64,000 bases of DNA from an uncultured Methanomicrobiales archaeon (GTDB lineage Archaea > Halobacteriota > Methanomicrobia > Methanomicrobiales > Methanospirillaceae). The position numbers and the translations under genes are program-made. Below, in pieces: positions 53,552-63,703 of this stretch (positions are counted from its first letter, which is position 1; the number at the start of each line of letters is the position of its first letter). The notes under the pieces are model-generated. The model was not told the DNA's origin, made no database searches, and was given only the letters and a program-made list of their open reading frames with translations. The stretch lies in NCBI GenBank assembly GCA_963697895.1, contig OY969100.1, positions 1,536,001-1,600,000 of the forward strand. Direction: 5' to 3'.

Positions 53552-54027
53552 TCCCTGTATTCTGCGGTAGTGATCGATATCAGGGACGAACGAGATTACC
53601 GTATAGTGCCTGATCAGATTTTTGAGGTGCAGCATGGGATCGGTGTTCATGGAGAGAAAATCCTCCTCAATCCGACATGGCCCGATGCAGGATAATGCTT
53701 TCGTTCATCGAATATGTCCGGGATTGGTTTCCGGATCAGGTATGCATTGCACTCGATCGGATGGGGATAACTGCTAATAACCTGATTACCCGGTACTTAT
53801 CCCGAAACGTTCTTTATCCGCTAAATTTTCCCTCCCCTCCATTTGCGAAAAAAGTGATCGGCAAATCGATGTCAGATATTTCACTGGAATTTTATATCTC
53901 TATAGTGAATTTAAAAATCCAGGATTCATTTCGTTCTTAAAAATAACCTGTATAGGCGTTTAATGCTCAATCTTTCATTGTCAATATTCTTATAGGAAAA
54001 GCACGAAGGGAATTTCAGGAGGGAGAG

Positions 54028-55476
54028 ATGCCGGCTTCTGTATTGACATATTTTCTATATTTTATCCTGTTCATCAACGTCATACTTGCTATCATCATCG
54101 TTTTCTTTGAAAGGAGAAATCCGACAGCAGCTCTTGCATGGGTCGTCATCCTCCTCTTCTTCTCCGTTGCTGGATTCTTTCTATATCTTGTGTTCGGCCA
54201 GAATTTCTATAAAAAACGCCTCTTCCGGTTGAAAGAGCAGGATGACCGCCATTTGCACGCCCTGATCAGCGAACAGAAAAAAGAACTTCTCTCCGCAAAA
54301 GAAACCTTCGCCGATCCCCGTTTCGCACGGTACCGTGAAATGATCTATATGTTGCTCAACAGTAATCAGGCCTACCTGACGAGAGATAACCGGGTCGATA
54401 TCTATACCAGCGGGAATGATAAATTCAGGGCACTTCTGGAAGCGATTGAAGGAGCACAGGATCATATCCACATGGAATATTATATCCTTCGCACGGATGA
54501 GATGGGGGGTAAAGTAATCGATGCCCTCACTAAAAAAGCACGGGATGGTGTGGAGGTCCGTTGGCTATATGATGCGCTCGGGTGTGCAAAGGTACCGAAA
54601 ATCTTCTACCGGGAGCTTCTTGCAGCCGGTGGAAAAATAGCCCCGTTCTTTCCCTCCCTTATCCCTTTAATCAACCTCAGGTTCAACTATCGCAATCACC
54701 GGAAGATTGTTGTTATTGATGGGAAGACCGGTTTCATTGGTGGCTTCAATATCGGGGATGAATATCTCGGGAAAGGTCCACTCGGCTACTGGCGGGACAG
54801 TCACCTGAAGATTCAGGGGACCGCAGTCTCCGCCCTGCAGGTGAGATTCATTCTGGACTGGAACTTCGCCGCAAATGATGACGTGAAATTGTCCTCCCGA
54901 TTCTTTCCGGATCACGAGGGGCCGGGTGACACGGCAATCCAGGTGGTATCAGGCGGTCCTGATGTGCGTTGGAGCCCGATCAAGGAGTCTTATCTGAAAC
55001 TGATTACCAATGCGGAAGAATCGATATATCTTCAGTCTCCGTATTTCGTCCCGGATGACAGCGTACTCGACGCCCTCCGGATCGCCGCGCTCTCAGGGGT
55101 CGATGTCCGGATTATGATACCATCCAAACCCGACCATCCCTTCGTCTACTGGAGTAGTTATTCCTTTATCGGAGACCTGCTTGATGCGGGCGTCAAAGCG
55201 TATACATACGATAATGGTTTCATTCATGCAAAGACCGTGGTCGTCGACGGTTTTGCCGGTTCGGTGGGGAGTGCCAACTGGGATGTTCGAAGCTTTAAAT
55301 TAAATTTTGAGGCTAACGCCATCATGTATGATACGAAAATGGCTGGAAAACTCCGGGATATATTCTTGCAGGATCTTGATGTATCGACTGAGATCACCCC
55401 GGAACGGTATGCAGCCCGGTCGAACTGGATCAAAGTGAAGGAATCCATTTCGCGCCTTATGTCCCCTATTCTATAA
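54028..55476 (+). CDS. cls: Cardiolipin synthase
   Basis: Two N-terminal TMs; HKD motifs NHRKIVVID and IHAKTVVVD. Confidence 0.95.
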   Translation: MPASVLTYFLYFILFINVILAIIIVFFERRNPTAALAWVVILLFFSVAGFFLYLVFGQNFYKKRLFRLKEQDDRHLHALISEQKKELLSAKETFADPRFARYREMIYMLLNSNQAYLTRDNRVDIYTSGNDKFRALLEAIEGAQDHIHMEYYILRTDEMGGKVIDALTKKARDGVEVRWLYDALGCAKVPKIFYRELLAAGGKIAPFFPSLIPLINLRFNYRNHRKIVVIDGKTGFIGGFNIGDEYLGKGPLGYWRDSHLKIQGTAVSALQVRFILDWNFAANDDVKLSSRFFPDHEGPGDTAIQVVSGGPDVRWSPIKESYLKLITNAEESIYLQSPYFVPDDSVLDALRIAALSGVDVRIMIPSKPDHPFVYWSSYSFIGDLLDAGVKAYTYDNGFIHAKTVVVDGFAGSVGSANWDVRSFKLNFEANAIMYDTKMAGKLRDIFLQDLDVSTEITPERYAARSNWIKVKESISRLMSPIL

Positions 55477-55611
55477 GGAACCCTTATTTCGCATATTCCA
55501 GGATGTTTCGTTCGGCAATGATAAATTCCGGTGACGAATGAGGGGATAGGCTAGAATGAATTTGGTTACCGGAAATCTTCTACTGTCCTCAATTAATTTT
55601 TTCCTGCTTTA

Positions 55612-56256
55612 TCAACCCCACTTCCGGAAGACCAGAACTGCAGCCGAAACAAGAGCAATAAGGGTGTAAATTCCCATAAACCCCGGTAAGGACGTCGGCG
55701 TCGTCTGGACAGTTGTTGTCATAGCGGTGCTGGGAGACGGACTAATAATCGTGGTCGGGAGCGTCGTATTAACCGGGATAACGGTTTGTATGACTTTCAG
55801 CGTTGATCCCGGTACAACTGTCCCCTGGTTATTCAATTCCACGATGGTGAGGAATGGACTCTGTTGCGGGGCATTTACCCTCGGGGCAGACCCATTTACC
55901 CGGAAATCGATCGAAACGCTGCTTGTGGAAGGATATGAGAGGAGATACCCGTTGATAAAAAGGTATGGTCCGGGCTGTTCGAATTGTGCTGCCTGGTGCC
56001 CGTTTACGATAACTACTGCAGTCCACATCGCCTGGTCGAGGGGGGTTGACATCTGGATACGATTATCACGGGAAAAAGTTGTTGACCCGGATGGAACAAT
56101 GGTGATCGTTCCAGAGACCTGCGCCGGAGTATCGGAGAAGATCTGTGGGGCGTTGGGGGATACGCTGCTCTCTGTCAGATACAGAGTCGCAGATGCTGCT
56201 GATATCCCGTATAAGAGGAAAATGAGAAAGATCAGAACGGGTCGAAATCTTGACAT
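55612..56256 (-). CDS. PGF-CTERM (archaeosortase-anchored) surface protein
   Basis: Signal peptide, Thr-rich linker, LPGF + TM + RK. Confidence 0.85.
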   Translation of the reverse strand: MSRFRPVLIFLIFLLYGISAASATLYLTESSVSPNAPQIFSDTPAQVSGTITIVPSGSTTFSRDNRIQMSTPLDQAMWTAVVIVNGHQAAQFEQPGPYLFINGYLLSYPSTSSVSIDFRVNGSAPRVNAPQQSPFLTIVELNNQGTVVPGSTLKVIQTVIPVNTTLPTTIISPSPSTAMTTTVQTTPTSLPGFMGIYTLIALVSAAVLVFRKWG

Positions 56257-56368
56257 ACTCTATCATATCCATATTCTGTAAACGCATTAATAATCATGCT
56301 CCTGACAGGATACGTGCGAAATTCTCTGAATGCTGGACCCATATACCATAATGGGATGGGAAGAACGA

Positions 56369-57508
56369 TCAGACACGATGGGGACGGTCAGACCTCTCCA
56401 GATCCGGGATCGCGTTCTCCGGGTTCAACAGGATCTCGTTGGGCAGACCGTTCACCGCGACAGCGGCAAGGGCACCAATCACCCCTCTCCCTCCATGAAG
56501 ACTGACATCATGGGAATCCGCAACAATTTTTGCCGTCTCCCGGGTGACCAGCGTTTCCCGCGCCAACATCCCATATACCCTGAGACCCCGGGGAATACGA
56601 AATCCTTTCCTGACCGCAATGCCCCACTCCGGGGAGAAGGCCTCATCTTCAATAAATGCCAGGGCTTTCTTCACCACCCGATCGAAAACTTTGGGTTCCA
56701 CTGCAAAATCTATGAAACTGCAGGAATTCCCCGCAGTCTTCTCGGTAACACCCGGGTTCAGCATCACCACGTGGTGATCGATAGGGAAGACTCCTTCCAT
56801 CTTCCCGAGATACTCAAGAAGGGCAAGCGCAAGGGCAAACGTGGCACCTCCTTCTCTGCTGTCTGTATCATCGACCCCCATCACCACATGGGTCAGCGCC
56901 TTTGTCCATATTTCACCTTCGACAATATCTCCTCTCCGGTGCACTTTAACCTCGCAAACCCCTTCTGCATGTGCAATCATATCCGTGAGCGAATATGCCG
57001 GCCCCCCGATACAACGGATATGCTGGATGATGTAGTCTCCGGAATGCTCGATCCCAAACACCCCTACTGCGGAAGAGGGGTACAGACCAATCCTCATCTC
57101 GGTTCGGCCAAGCCTGGCACATTCCCGGAGGAGTTTTCCGTCGCGCTGCACATGTGCAATGACTCCTTGAGCCAGGGTATGATGGTACCCACAGAATGCA
57201 GCACACGCCCCACTCATGCATTCGTGAAAGATCTCAACCTCATCGCCGTCAATGGTCGTGAATATCCGTCTGCATGCACTCGATGGCATAGCGCTGATCG
57301 CGGCATAGCGCGCGGCTTGACGACCCATTTTCCGTTCTTTCTGAACGACACAGCCTTCATCCACCAGGCGATTGATCCAATCCTGCGCTGTGCTCCGCGG
57401 AACCCGTGCACCTTCCTGAATGTCCGTCACGGTAAAAGAGCCCTGATCAAGCGTAAGGCTCCGCATCAGGTGCAGGTAATGCCTCCTCCGTTCAATGACA
57501 CTTCGCAT
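56369..57508 (-). CDS. HTH protein fused to a TiaS / methanogenesis-marker-11-like DDTD domain
   Basis: PRSTAQDWINRL HTH; Cys-rich middle; GVDDTD...GAT, NP...KTAGNS, GRGVIGALAA. Confidence 0.75.
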   Translation of the reverse strand: MRSVIERRRHYLHLMRSLTLDQGSFTVTDIQEGARVPRSTAQDWINRLVDEGCVVQKERKMGRQAARYAAISAMPSSACRRIFTTIDGDEVEIFHECMSGACAAFCGYHHTLAQGVIAHVQRDGKLLRECARLGRTEMRIGLYPSSAVGVFGIEHSGDYIIQHIRCIGGPAYSLTDMIAHAEGVCEVKVHRRGDIVEGEIWTKALTHVVMGVDDTDSREGGATFALALALLEYLGKMEGVFPIDHHVVMLNPGVTEKTAGNSCSFIDFAVEPKVFDRVVKKALAFIEDEAFSPEWGIAVRKGFRIPRGLRVYGMLARETLVTRETAKIVADSHDVSLHGGRGVIGALAAVAVNGLPNEILLNPENAIPDLERSDRPHRV

Positions 57509-58478
57509 AACGATCACGGATAAAAAGGAGATCCCCCAGTATTGCGCTCGCAGTCTCCCTGGATCCGGCTCCTTTTCCGATAAGTGTGACCTCTCCGGCC
57601 AGATCCGTTTCGAGCGTGATTGCATTGAGAGAGCCATCGACCACCAGCGGGTGATTCTTTCCGATGATCCGTGGCGAAACCCGGAGAAGACCTTTTTTCG
57701 GGACCATCTCCGCTATCAGTCTGATGGTACAGTCCTGATCCTCCGCAAGCCGTATTGCATCCGTAGTGAGCAGGTCGATGCCCGCAATTTCTACCTTTTC
57801 CAGGCTGGCGTTGTTCCTCCATATCATATTTGCAAGGATTACGAGTTTGATTGCCGCATCGATCCCCTTCACATCGTATGTCGGGTCTGCCTCCGCATAC
57901 CCCATCTCGCGGGCTTCGAGAAGCGCCTGTTCATAGGTGAGCCCTTCTGCAGCCATACGGGTCAGAATGTAATTGCATGTTCCGTTCAGAACCCCATAGA
58001 GCGCCAACACTTCGTTCCCTGCAAGTCCCTGCTGGAGGGTATGCATGACAGGTATTGCTCCGGCGACCGTCGCCTCATAGCGGAGTTCGACGTTATGCAT
58101 GGCCGCAAGTTCACGAAGCTGTTGGAAATCCCTGGCAATGGGACCCTTATTCGATGTTACCACGTGTTTTCCGAGAAGGATTGCTGATCTCATGTAGGTG
58201 AGGGCCGGTTCACCCGTCTCAGCATTCGTCGGTGTCACTTCGACCAGTACCTCATAGTCCCCACGGGTGATCACCTCCATCGCCCCGATCGTTTTATCCC
58301 CGAGGGATCCCCAGCGATTCTTCGCCTCAATTACTTCATCAACATGAACCCCGTCCGGATCGATGATGGCACTCCGGGAATCAGCAACACCGGTGACCAC
58401 AAGATCGAGCTGCTTTTCTTCGATCACATTGAGCAGGCCCTTCCCAACTGATCCAAGCCCGATGATAGCGATCTTCAT
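57492..58478 (-). CDS. hom: Homoserine dehydrogenase
   Basis: GLGSVG, VVTSNKG, YEATVAG, NGTCNYIL, GYAEADP, GAG. Confidence 0.96.
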   Translation of the reverse strand: MKIAIIGLGSVGKGLLNVIEEKQLDLVVTGVADSRSAIIDPDGVHVDEVIEAKNRWGSLGDKTIGAMEVITRGDYEVLVEVTPTNAETGEPALTYMRSAILLGKHVVTSNKGPIARDFQQLRELAAMHNVELRYEATVAGAIPVMHTLQQGLAGNEVLALYGVLNGTCNYILTRMAAEGLTYEQALLEAREMGYAEADPTYDVKGIDAAIKLVILANMIWRNNASLEKVEIAGIDLLTTDAIRLAEDQDCTIRLIAEMVPKKGLLRVSPRIIGKNHPLVVDGSLNAITLETDLAGEVTLIGKGAGSRETASAILGDLLFIRDRYAKCH

Positions 58479-58978
58479 GAGAGATCCTCCAGGGGTTCTA
58501 CAATGAATAGGTTCTTTTCTCTTGCCACGGTACGAAGGATCTCGAGTGCCTTTTCCATATCCGTTTTATTCACGGATTTTATAACCAGCCGAGCTGATGA
58601 TCGTTCATTAATTCCCGGCATCACCATATTGAGCTCAGTGACCTCTGCATATCCTGTACAGTCGATCCGGTCGACCGTATCGCCAAGATCGGTATGCACA
58701 ATGTGCCCTATCACGATTACAGTCTGTTTGTAAAGGAGACGCTCCTGACCGATACGGAGCACGCTGACCCCCTGTGCCTTCATCAGCCCGACCAGTTCAG
58801 GGAGGCGCGGCTCTGCAAGTTCAAGGACAATCTGCACCGAAATAGTTTTAGTATCCGATTCCGGATCCCGCTGGTGGATTACCGCGATGATATTTCCACC
58901 TACCTCGGATATAGGATTCAGGGCGGCGACCAGTTGCCCCGGAGCATCCCTCATCTCCAGCTTCATCGATACCTGCAC
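58475..58978 (-). CDS. ACT-domain regulatory partner of homoserine dehydrogenase
   Basis: DAPGQL...GGNI, IGHIVHTD; overlaps the hom start. Confidence 0.88.
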   Translation of the reverse strand: MQVSMKLEMRDAPGQLVAALNPISEVGGNIIAVIHQRDPESDTKTISVQIVLELAEPRLPELVGLMKAQGVSVLRIGQERLLYKQTVIVIGHIVHTDLGDTVDRIDCTGYAEVTELNMVMPGINERSSARLVIKSVNKTDMEKALEILRTVAREKNLFIVEPLEDLS

Positions 58979-59271
58979 TCATCCCACCTGAATAATACTG
59001 GGATGGTCATGGGATATGGTTTTTATGTTATCATTCATTCGTGCCGGATTTCAAAGATTGCCAGTTTATATTGGATTTGTGAGAAAGACCTCTTAACAGA
59101 TCCGGCCGGTTCGTCGCTTGAACTCCGGAATAAGAGGATGGGTCCGTTCCTTTCAGGTAAATGAGAATGATTTTGAAGAAGCCTGTCCGACAACTATGTA
59201 AGGTCTTTCAGCGGGTCGGTTCATGCTCATGCATTGATCGGTTGGGGCCATACTGAATAAAGAGTGATATC

Positions 59272-59937
59272 ATGAGAAATAAGATAGTCATCATAACTGT
59301 GCTCATCCTCGCTGTTCTCCCTGCGGGAGTACTGGCTGCAGAGAGTCCGGTTGCGAACGCCCATGTGGGAAACGGTCCGGCGCAGAATGGGATGATTCCC
59401 GGCCAGTCTGCATCGGTTACCGGACTCCCGGACCGGCTCCAGGATTTCGGGACATATGCACAAGAGTGTAAAAGCGGGAATTGTACATTTGGTGAGTTGC
59501 TGAACTCTTGCAACATTTCCCGGGACCGGGTACCCGATCAATACCGTAATATTACAGCCAACGAGATAAGGAGAATGATTCGGGAACAGATCGGGACGAA
59601 TATTTCCGGATGTTTATCCGGAGATTGCTCGATTGGTGAATTGCGGTTTGCCCGTAATATCTCCAACGGACAGATTCCTGATCGGTTTACGAATATGACG
59701 ATCAGGGAGCTGAAGGACCAGATCCGGGAGAAGATCGGCTTATATCTCCCCACATGTCCTGAATGTGGACAACCCGGCTCGCTTTCGGTTCAGGGAGAGG
59801 CTCGCTACTATGATGGGATGCTCCTTCCCGGCTCCGGATCGGAGATAACCCCGCCAGCATTATCTCCTTCCCGGGATGGAACCAGAAAGCCTAATCAGCC
59901 GGAACCAGGTTCCGATGGCTATCTGCCCTATCTGTAA
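59272..59937 (+). CDS. Secreted protein with two 48-aa Cys-containing repeats
   Basis: Signal peptide; CKSGNCTFGEL...IREQIG / CLSGDCSIGEL...IREKIG; then CPECG. Confidence 0.75.
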   Translation: MRNKIVIITVLILAVLPAGVLAAESPVANAHVGNGPAQNGMIPGQSASVTGLPDRLQDFGTYAQECKSGNCTFGELLNSCNISRDRVPDQYRNITANEIRRMIREQIGTNISGCLSGDCSIGELRFARNISNGQIPDRFTNMTIRELKDQIREKIGLYLPTCPECGQPGSLSVQGEARYYDGMLLPGSGSEITPPALSPSRDGTRKPNQPEPGSDGYLPYL

Positions 59938-60003
59938 CGGATCATCAGAACTGTAGAAGGAATCCATTTAACGATTCCTTCCATAGCCAATCTTTTTTTT
60001 CTT

Positions 60004-60645
60004 TTAATCTTCCCCGTGATATCGCTGATCTCTGTTGGCAACCGGGATGGATACCGTTTCCCCCTTTTTCTCCTGCTTAAGGATCTCCTCATGAGGATGG
60101 ATCCGGGCAGCCACCCGGGCATCGGATGTGTAGTGAGAAATAAAATGGCGGAATGAGCGATTTTTCTCCATAGCAACAGGTAAAGAAAACTCGTTCAGGC
60201 ACTCGACCATAAATGCGATCCGTGAGGGATAATGGCGCGGAATCACCCGGTTAAAATGTTCTTTGGTCAGGAAATCCGTGTGCTGCAGGGGACGGATCCC
60301 GAGTGCCCGGGAAGCGTGATCATCGAGACCGGCGAGATACCAGCTCTCTATCTCCTGGATGATGACCATGATGTGGATTTCGTCGATATTACAGAACTTT
60401 GCCATTATCACCTTCTTTTTTGCGCGTGCATTTGGTTCCTGATCGATATCGGCGACCAGGATGAAATCGTCGTGCATGGCCGAGATGCCTTTGATGAACC
60501 TGCAGACTTTGACGCTCTTCATACTGGCATACAGGATCATCTCCACCGAACCGTATTCGGAGATAAAGAGTGGTCTGATTATCCGGGAAAAGAACCGTTC
60601 ATCATCGTTTCCTTCAACAAAAATGAATAAGCGATGGTCTTTCAT
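60004..60645 (-). CDS. TOPRIM-like protein (DUF4276/DUF4435/RloB-like), partner of the AAA ATPase
   Basis: FVEGNDD, ADID, EIESWYLAG acidic motifs. Confidence 0.7.
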   Translation of the reverse strand: MKDHRLFIFVEGNDDERFFSRIIRPLFISEYGSVEMILYASMKSVKVCRFIKGISAMHDDFILVADIDQEPNARAKKKVIMAKFCNIDEIHIMVIIQEIESWYLAGLDDHASRALGIRPLQHTDFLTKEHFNRVIPRHYPSRIAFMVECLNEFSLPVAMEKNRSFRHFISHYTSDARVAARIHPHEEILKQEKKGETVSIPVANRDQRYHGED

Positions 60646-61896
60646 TCCATCCCCAGGAGGTTCTGGATAAAGAGCTCCTCGATGCCGATCTCCTGTTCGA
60701 GGAAATCCCTGATCTCCATCTTATCCCTGGGTCTGGAGAGGCTCGGAAAACCCTTCACGATCCCGTGAGATCAATATGATGTCTTCCAGATCGACATGCT
60801 TGACCATCTCCGGGTTGTGCGTGGTTATCACCACCTGTTTGTGGCGGGAGGCATCTTTCAGCATTGCGACCAGCTTGGAGATGAGGTAGGGGTGAATATT
60901 CCGCTCCGGTTCCTCGATGATGGTAACCGGCCGGTCTTCAAAATAGAGTGCGACGATCAATGCCGCGACATTGAGGGTACCATCCGAGATCATAGATCCG
61001 GGGATATAACGTTCCTTATTGTACACTTCCTTCATCTTGAGGAAGAGGGACATGTCCATGAACTTCTCGACGGCGATGTCATCGATAAAGGGTAACATAT
61101 CCTTGATCAGGTTGAGGAACATCCGCTTTCTCTGTTCGTCCTCGGATATGCTTTTGATAACGATTGCAAGATTGCTCCCGTCCTTCTCCAATTCTGTTTT
61201 CCCGATCATCGGCACCGCCTTCTTCAGGAGGCGGGGATCGAAATCATAGACCTTTATCCCGCGGACGATCCACTCAAGAGGAGGGATGCCGGGTATGGGG
61301 ACGGGGATATTCATAATGATCCGGTTCATGGATAGTTCCCGTCTCTGGAGAAGATGGGGGAAAAGGTCCTGGTCCCGAAGGCTATACCCTTCGGGGAGAG
61401 AAAGACGATATCTGACTTCTCCTCCGATCTGGGTGAGATTGATATCCCCCCGGCCGATCAGGATAAGTCCATCGCCCTCTGCCTGGAAGAACTCGCCTCT
61501 GACGGTAAGACAGTCACTGGCAATCTCATATGAATCCCCTCCTTCGGTAAAGCGCAGGGAAAATTCATATCGTATCTCCGCTGATTCGAAATACACCGGT
61601 ACCCGATCGCGAGCTCCGATCACGTCCTGTTTCCGCTCATCAAGCACATAAACAAAGCGAAAAGAGAAGTTTTCCGAGGGACCGATGATGGTATTTCTGA
61701 GATATTCCACACCACCCTGAAGAGATATTGCATTATTCAACCCATATTTCGCGATATCCCGTAAAAATTTAAAGATCTGAATAAAATTAGACTTACCCGA
61801 TGCGTTTGAACCGATGATGAGGGTAAAGTTATCCAGATCCAGCTCCAGGTGCCGGAAGCTCTTAAAGTTTGATACCGCGATCGATCGGATCGGCAT
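60642..61896 (-). CDS. AAA_21 / ABC-type ATPase, frameshift near 60744
   Basis: NFKSF, GSNASGKSN, SDGT, IIEEPE, TTHNP; corrected C-terminus ...IGIEELFIQNLLGME ends in an ATGA overlap with the next gene. Confidence 0.88.
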
Positions 61897-61988
61897 GCAC
61901 TACACTCTCTGTACCTGAACATAAGGGCTTCGTTCACTCTCCTGCAGGCACCGGCATGATAACCGGGTTCCGGGTTTTCGAATCAGTT

Positions 61989-63467
61989 TTACAGCCATGA
62001 CGGCCAGGGTAAACCGAGAGAAAGCGTGAACTCCTTCAGCTCATCATGGATGCCTGCATCCCATTTCAGGATAAGAAGCAGGTAGATTGCCGCGCCAAGG
62101 AGCACTGCGGCCAGGAGGATGAGGAACTGAGAGAACGGGATGAATACGCGGAATAGTTCGAGTACGATACCCATGATGATCGATGCAAGGACAATACGGA
62201 TGACAGGCATTTTTTCGAGGTTAATGGAGACGTGATGTCGGGCGAACCAGTGCGCAAGGAGGGCATTAATCCCCATGGAGACCAGCAGAGCGAGTGCGGC
62301 GCCGGAAATTCCGATGAGGGGAATCAGTATGATATCGAGGATCACCAGCGTGACGGCCGCGGCCGCCGCACTCCTGAACGCCTCACGGGGATGATTGAGG
62401 GCGTTCAGGGTCATTGTCTCCAGGGTGACGAAGACCATGACGATCTGGGCAGCGAGGAGGAGGATCAATGCCATGGTAGCGGACGAAAATGCTGCTCCAT
62501 ACAGGAAATAGAGGATGGGTTCAGCGAGGAGCCCTCCCCCCACCAGTACAGGGACCGCCAGAAAGAACGAATAGGTAAATGCCCGTGAAATAGAAGTTTC
62601 CACAGACAGGATGTCGCCTTCCCGGTTCCAACGGCTGATCTTTGGATAGAGGGTCAATCGCATCGAGACGGCAATAAAGGCTGCAATGGCAGAAAACTGG
62701 ACAGCGACCCGATAGAGTCCGACCTCGGTCGTATTGAGATAGTATCCGACCAGGATGGTGTCCGCGTATCCAACGACGACACCGGTTGCTCCGGCAAGAA
62801 ATGCCCAGAGTGCATAGGAAAGCAGGCTCCGTATATGAGTTTTATGAAACCGGGCAAGGTGCAAAGCGAGGAATCGGATATTGACCAGGGCCCCTGCGAT
62901 CATGCCGGCAATAAATCCCCCGATAAGCCCGTCCACAGAAAATCCGAGATATACGGCGCCGATCTGGATGACCACTTTGACTATGGTGTTGATAAGATCC
63001 GCGATCTGGGATATACCCACTTTTCCACTTCCGTATACTCCTGTCGTGAACGTTGCACCGATCGTCCCCACGATAAGCGCGATCAGGAGCCAGCTGATCA
63101 ATCCGGATACCTGTGGATCTGCGATGATATACCCGATAAAAAGAACAATAAACAGCGTGACGGTCAGGAAAAGGGCACGGACCGCAATATGAGCAGTGAA
63201 ATATTCGTTCTCGTCATGTCCCTCACTGATCCGCTGAATGGCAGCTCCCCCGACTCCTCCATCTGCAATCAGATTGAAGATATTCCAGTACGCGAAAAAG
63301 AGGAAAAATGCCCCCAAGGGTGCAGCTCCGATCGTGTGAGCGATATAAAACGTCGCAAGATACCCGATCGCGGTCACCCCGATATTGGAAACGAGCGAGA
63401 TGATGCTGTGCCGCTTTATCGGGCCTACGCCCATCATCTGGCCGAAGAACCGGGAGGGCGAGAACAC
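61989..63467 (-). CDS. Oligosaccharide flippase (MOP/Wzx family)
   Basis: About 14 TMs; DTILVGY...VGLY, LYPKIS, GISGAA. Confidence 0.9.
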   Translation of the reverse strand: MFSPSRFFGQMMGVGPIKRHSIISLVSNIGVTAIGYLATFYIAHTIGAAPLGAFFLFFAYWNIFNLIADGGVGGAAIQRISEGHDENEYFTAHIAVRALFLTVTLFIVLFIGYIIADPQVSGLISWLLIALIVGTIGATFTTGVYGSGKVGISQIADLINTIVKVVIQIGAVYLGFSVDGLIGGFIAGMIAGALVNIRFLALHLARFHKTHIRSLLSYALWAFLAGATGVVVGYADTILVGYYLNTTEVGLYRVAVQFSAIAAFIAVSMRLTLYPKISRWNREGDILSVETSISRAFTYSFFLAVPVLVGGGLLAEPILYFLYGAAFSSATMALILLLAAQIVMVFVTLETMTLNALNHPREAFRSAAAAAVTLVILDIILIPLIGISGAALALLVSMGINALLAHWFARHHVSINLEKMPVIRIVLASIIMGIVLELFRVFIPFSQFLILLAAVLLGAAIYLLLILKWDAGIHDELKEFTLSLGLPWPSWL

Positions 63468-63703
63468 ATCGTACTATTCTTATTCGATATGAATAAAATG
63501 TTCGAGCAGCCCTGATCCCGGGTACAATAATATAATCAGTTTCTGTCAATGATCCGTCGATCTGTATTGGTCGAGATACCAGGCATACCCCCTTCCCGCT
63601 CCAGACCTCCCTCTTAGTCTCCAGCCTTCTCTGGTTACGGAGTGATCACAAAGGGGATTTATGCCTTGTGTCCCAACCACTAGTCTGGACGAGGTGAACA
63701 GAT

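Noticed and set aside
54028-55476. Bacterial-type cardiolipin synthase as a novelty
   Set aside because: Cls homologs are already known in methanogenic archaea
56330-57523. 397-aa plus-strand ORF
   Set aside because: Antisense shadow of the HTH/DDTD gene; no motifs
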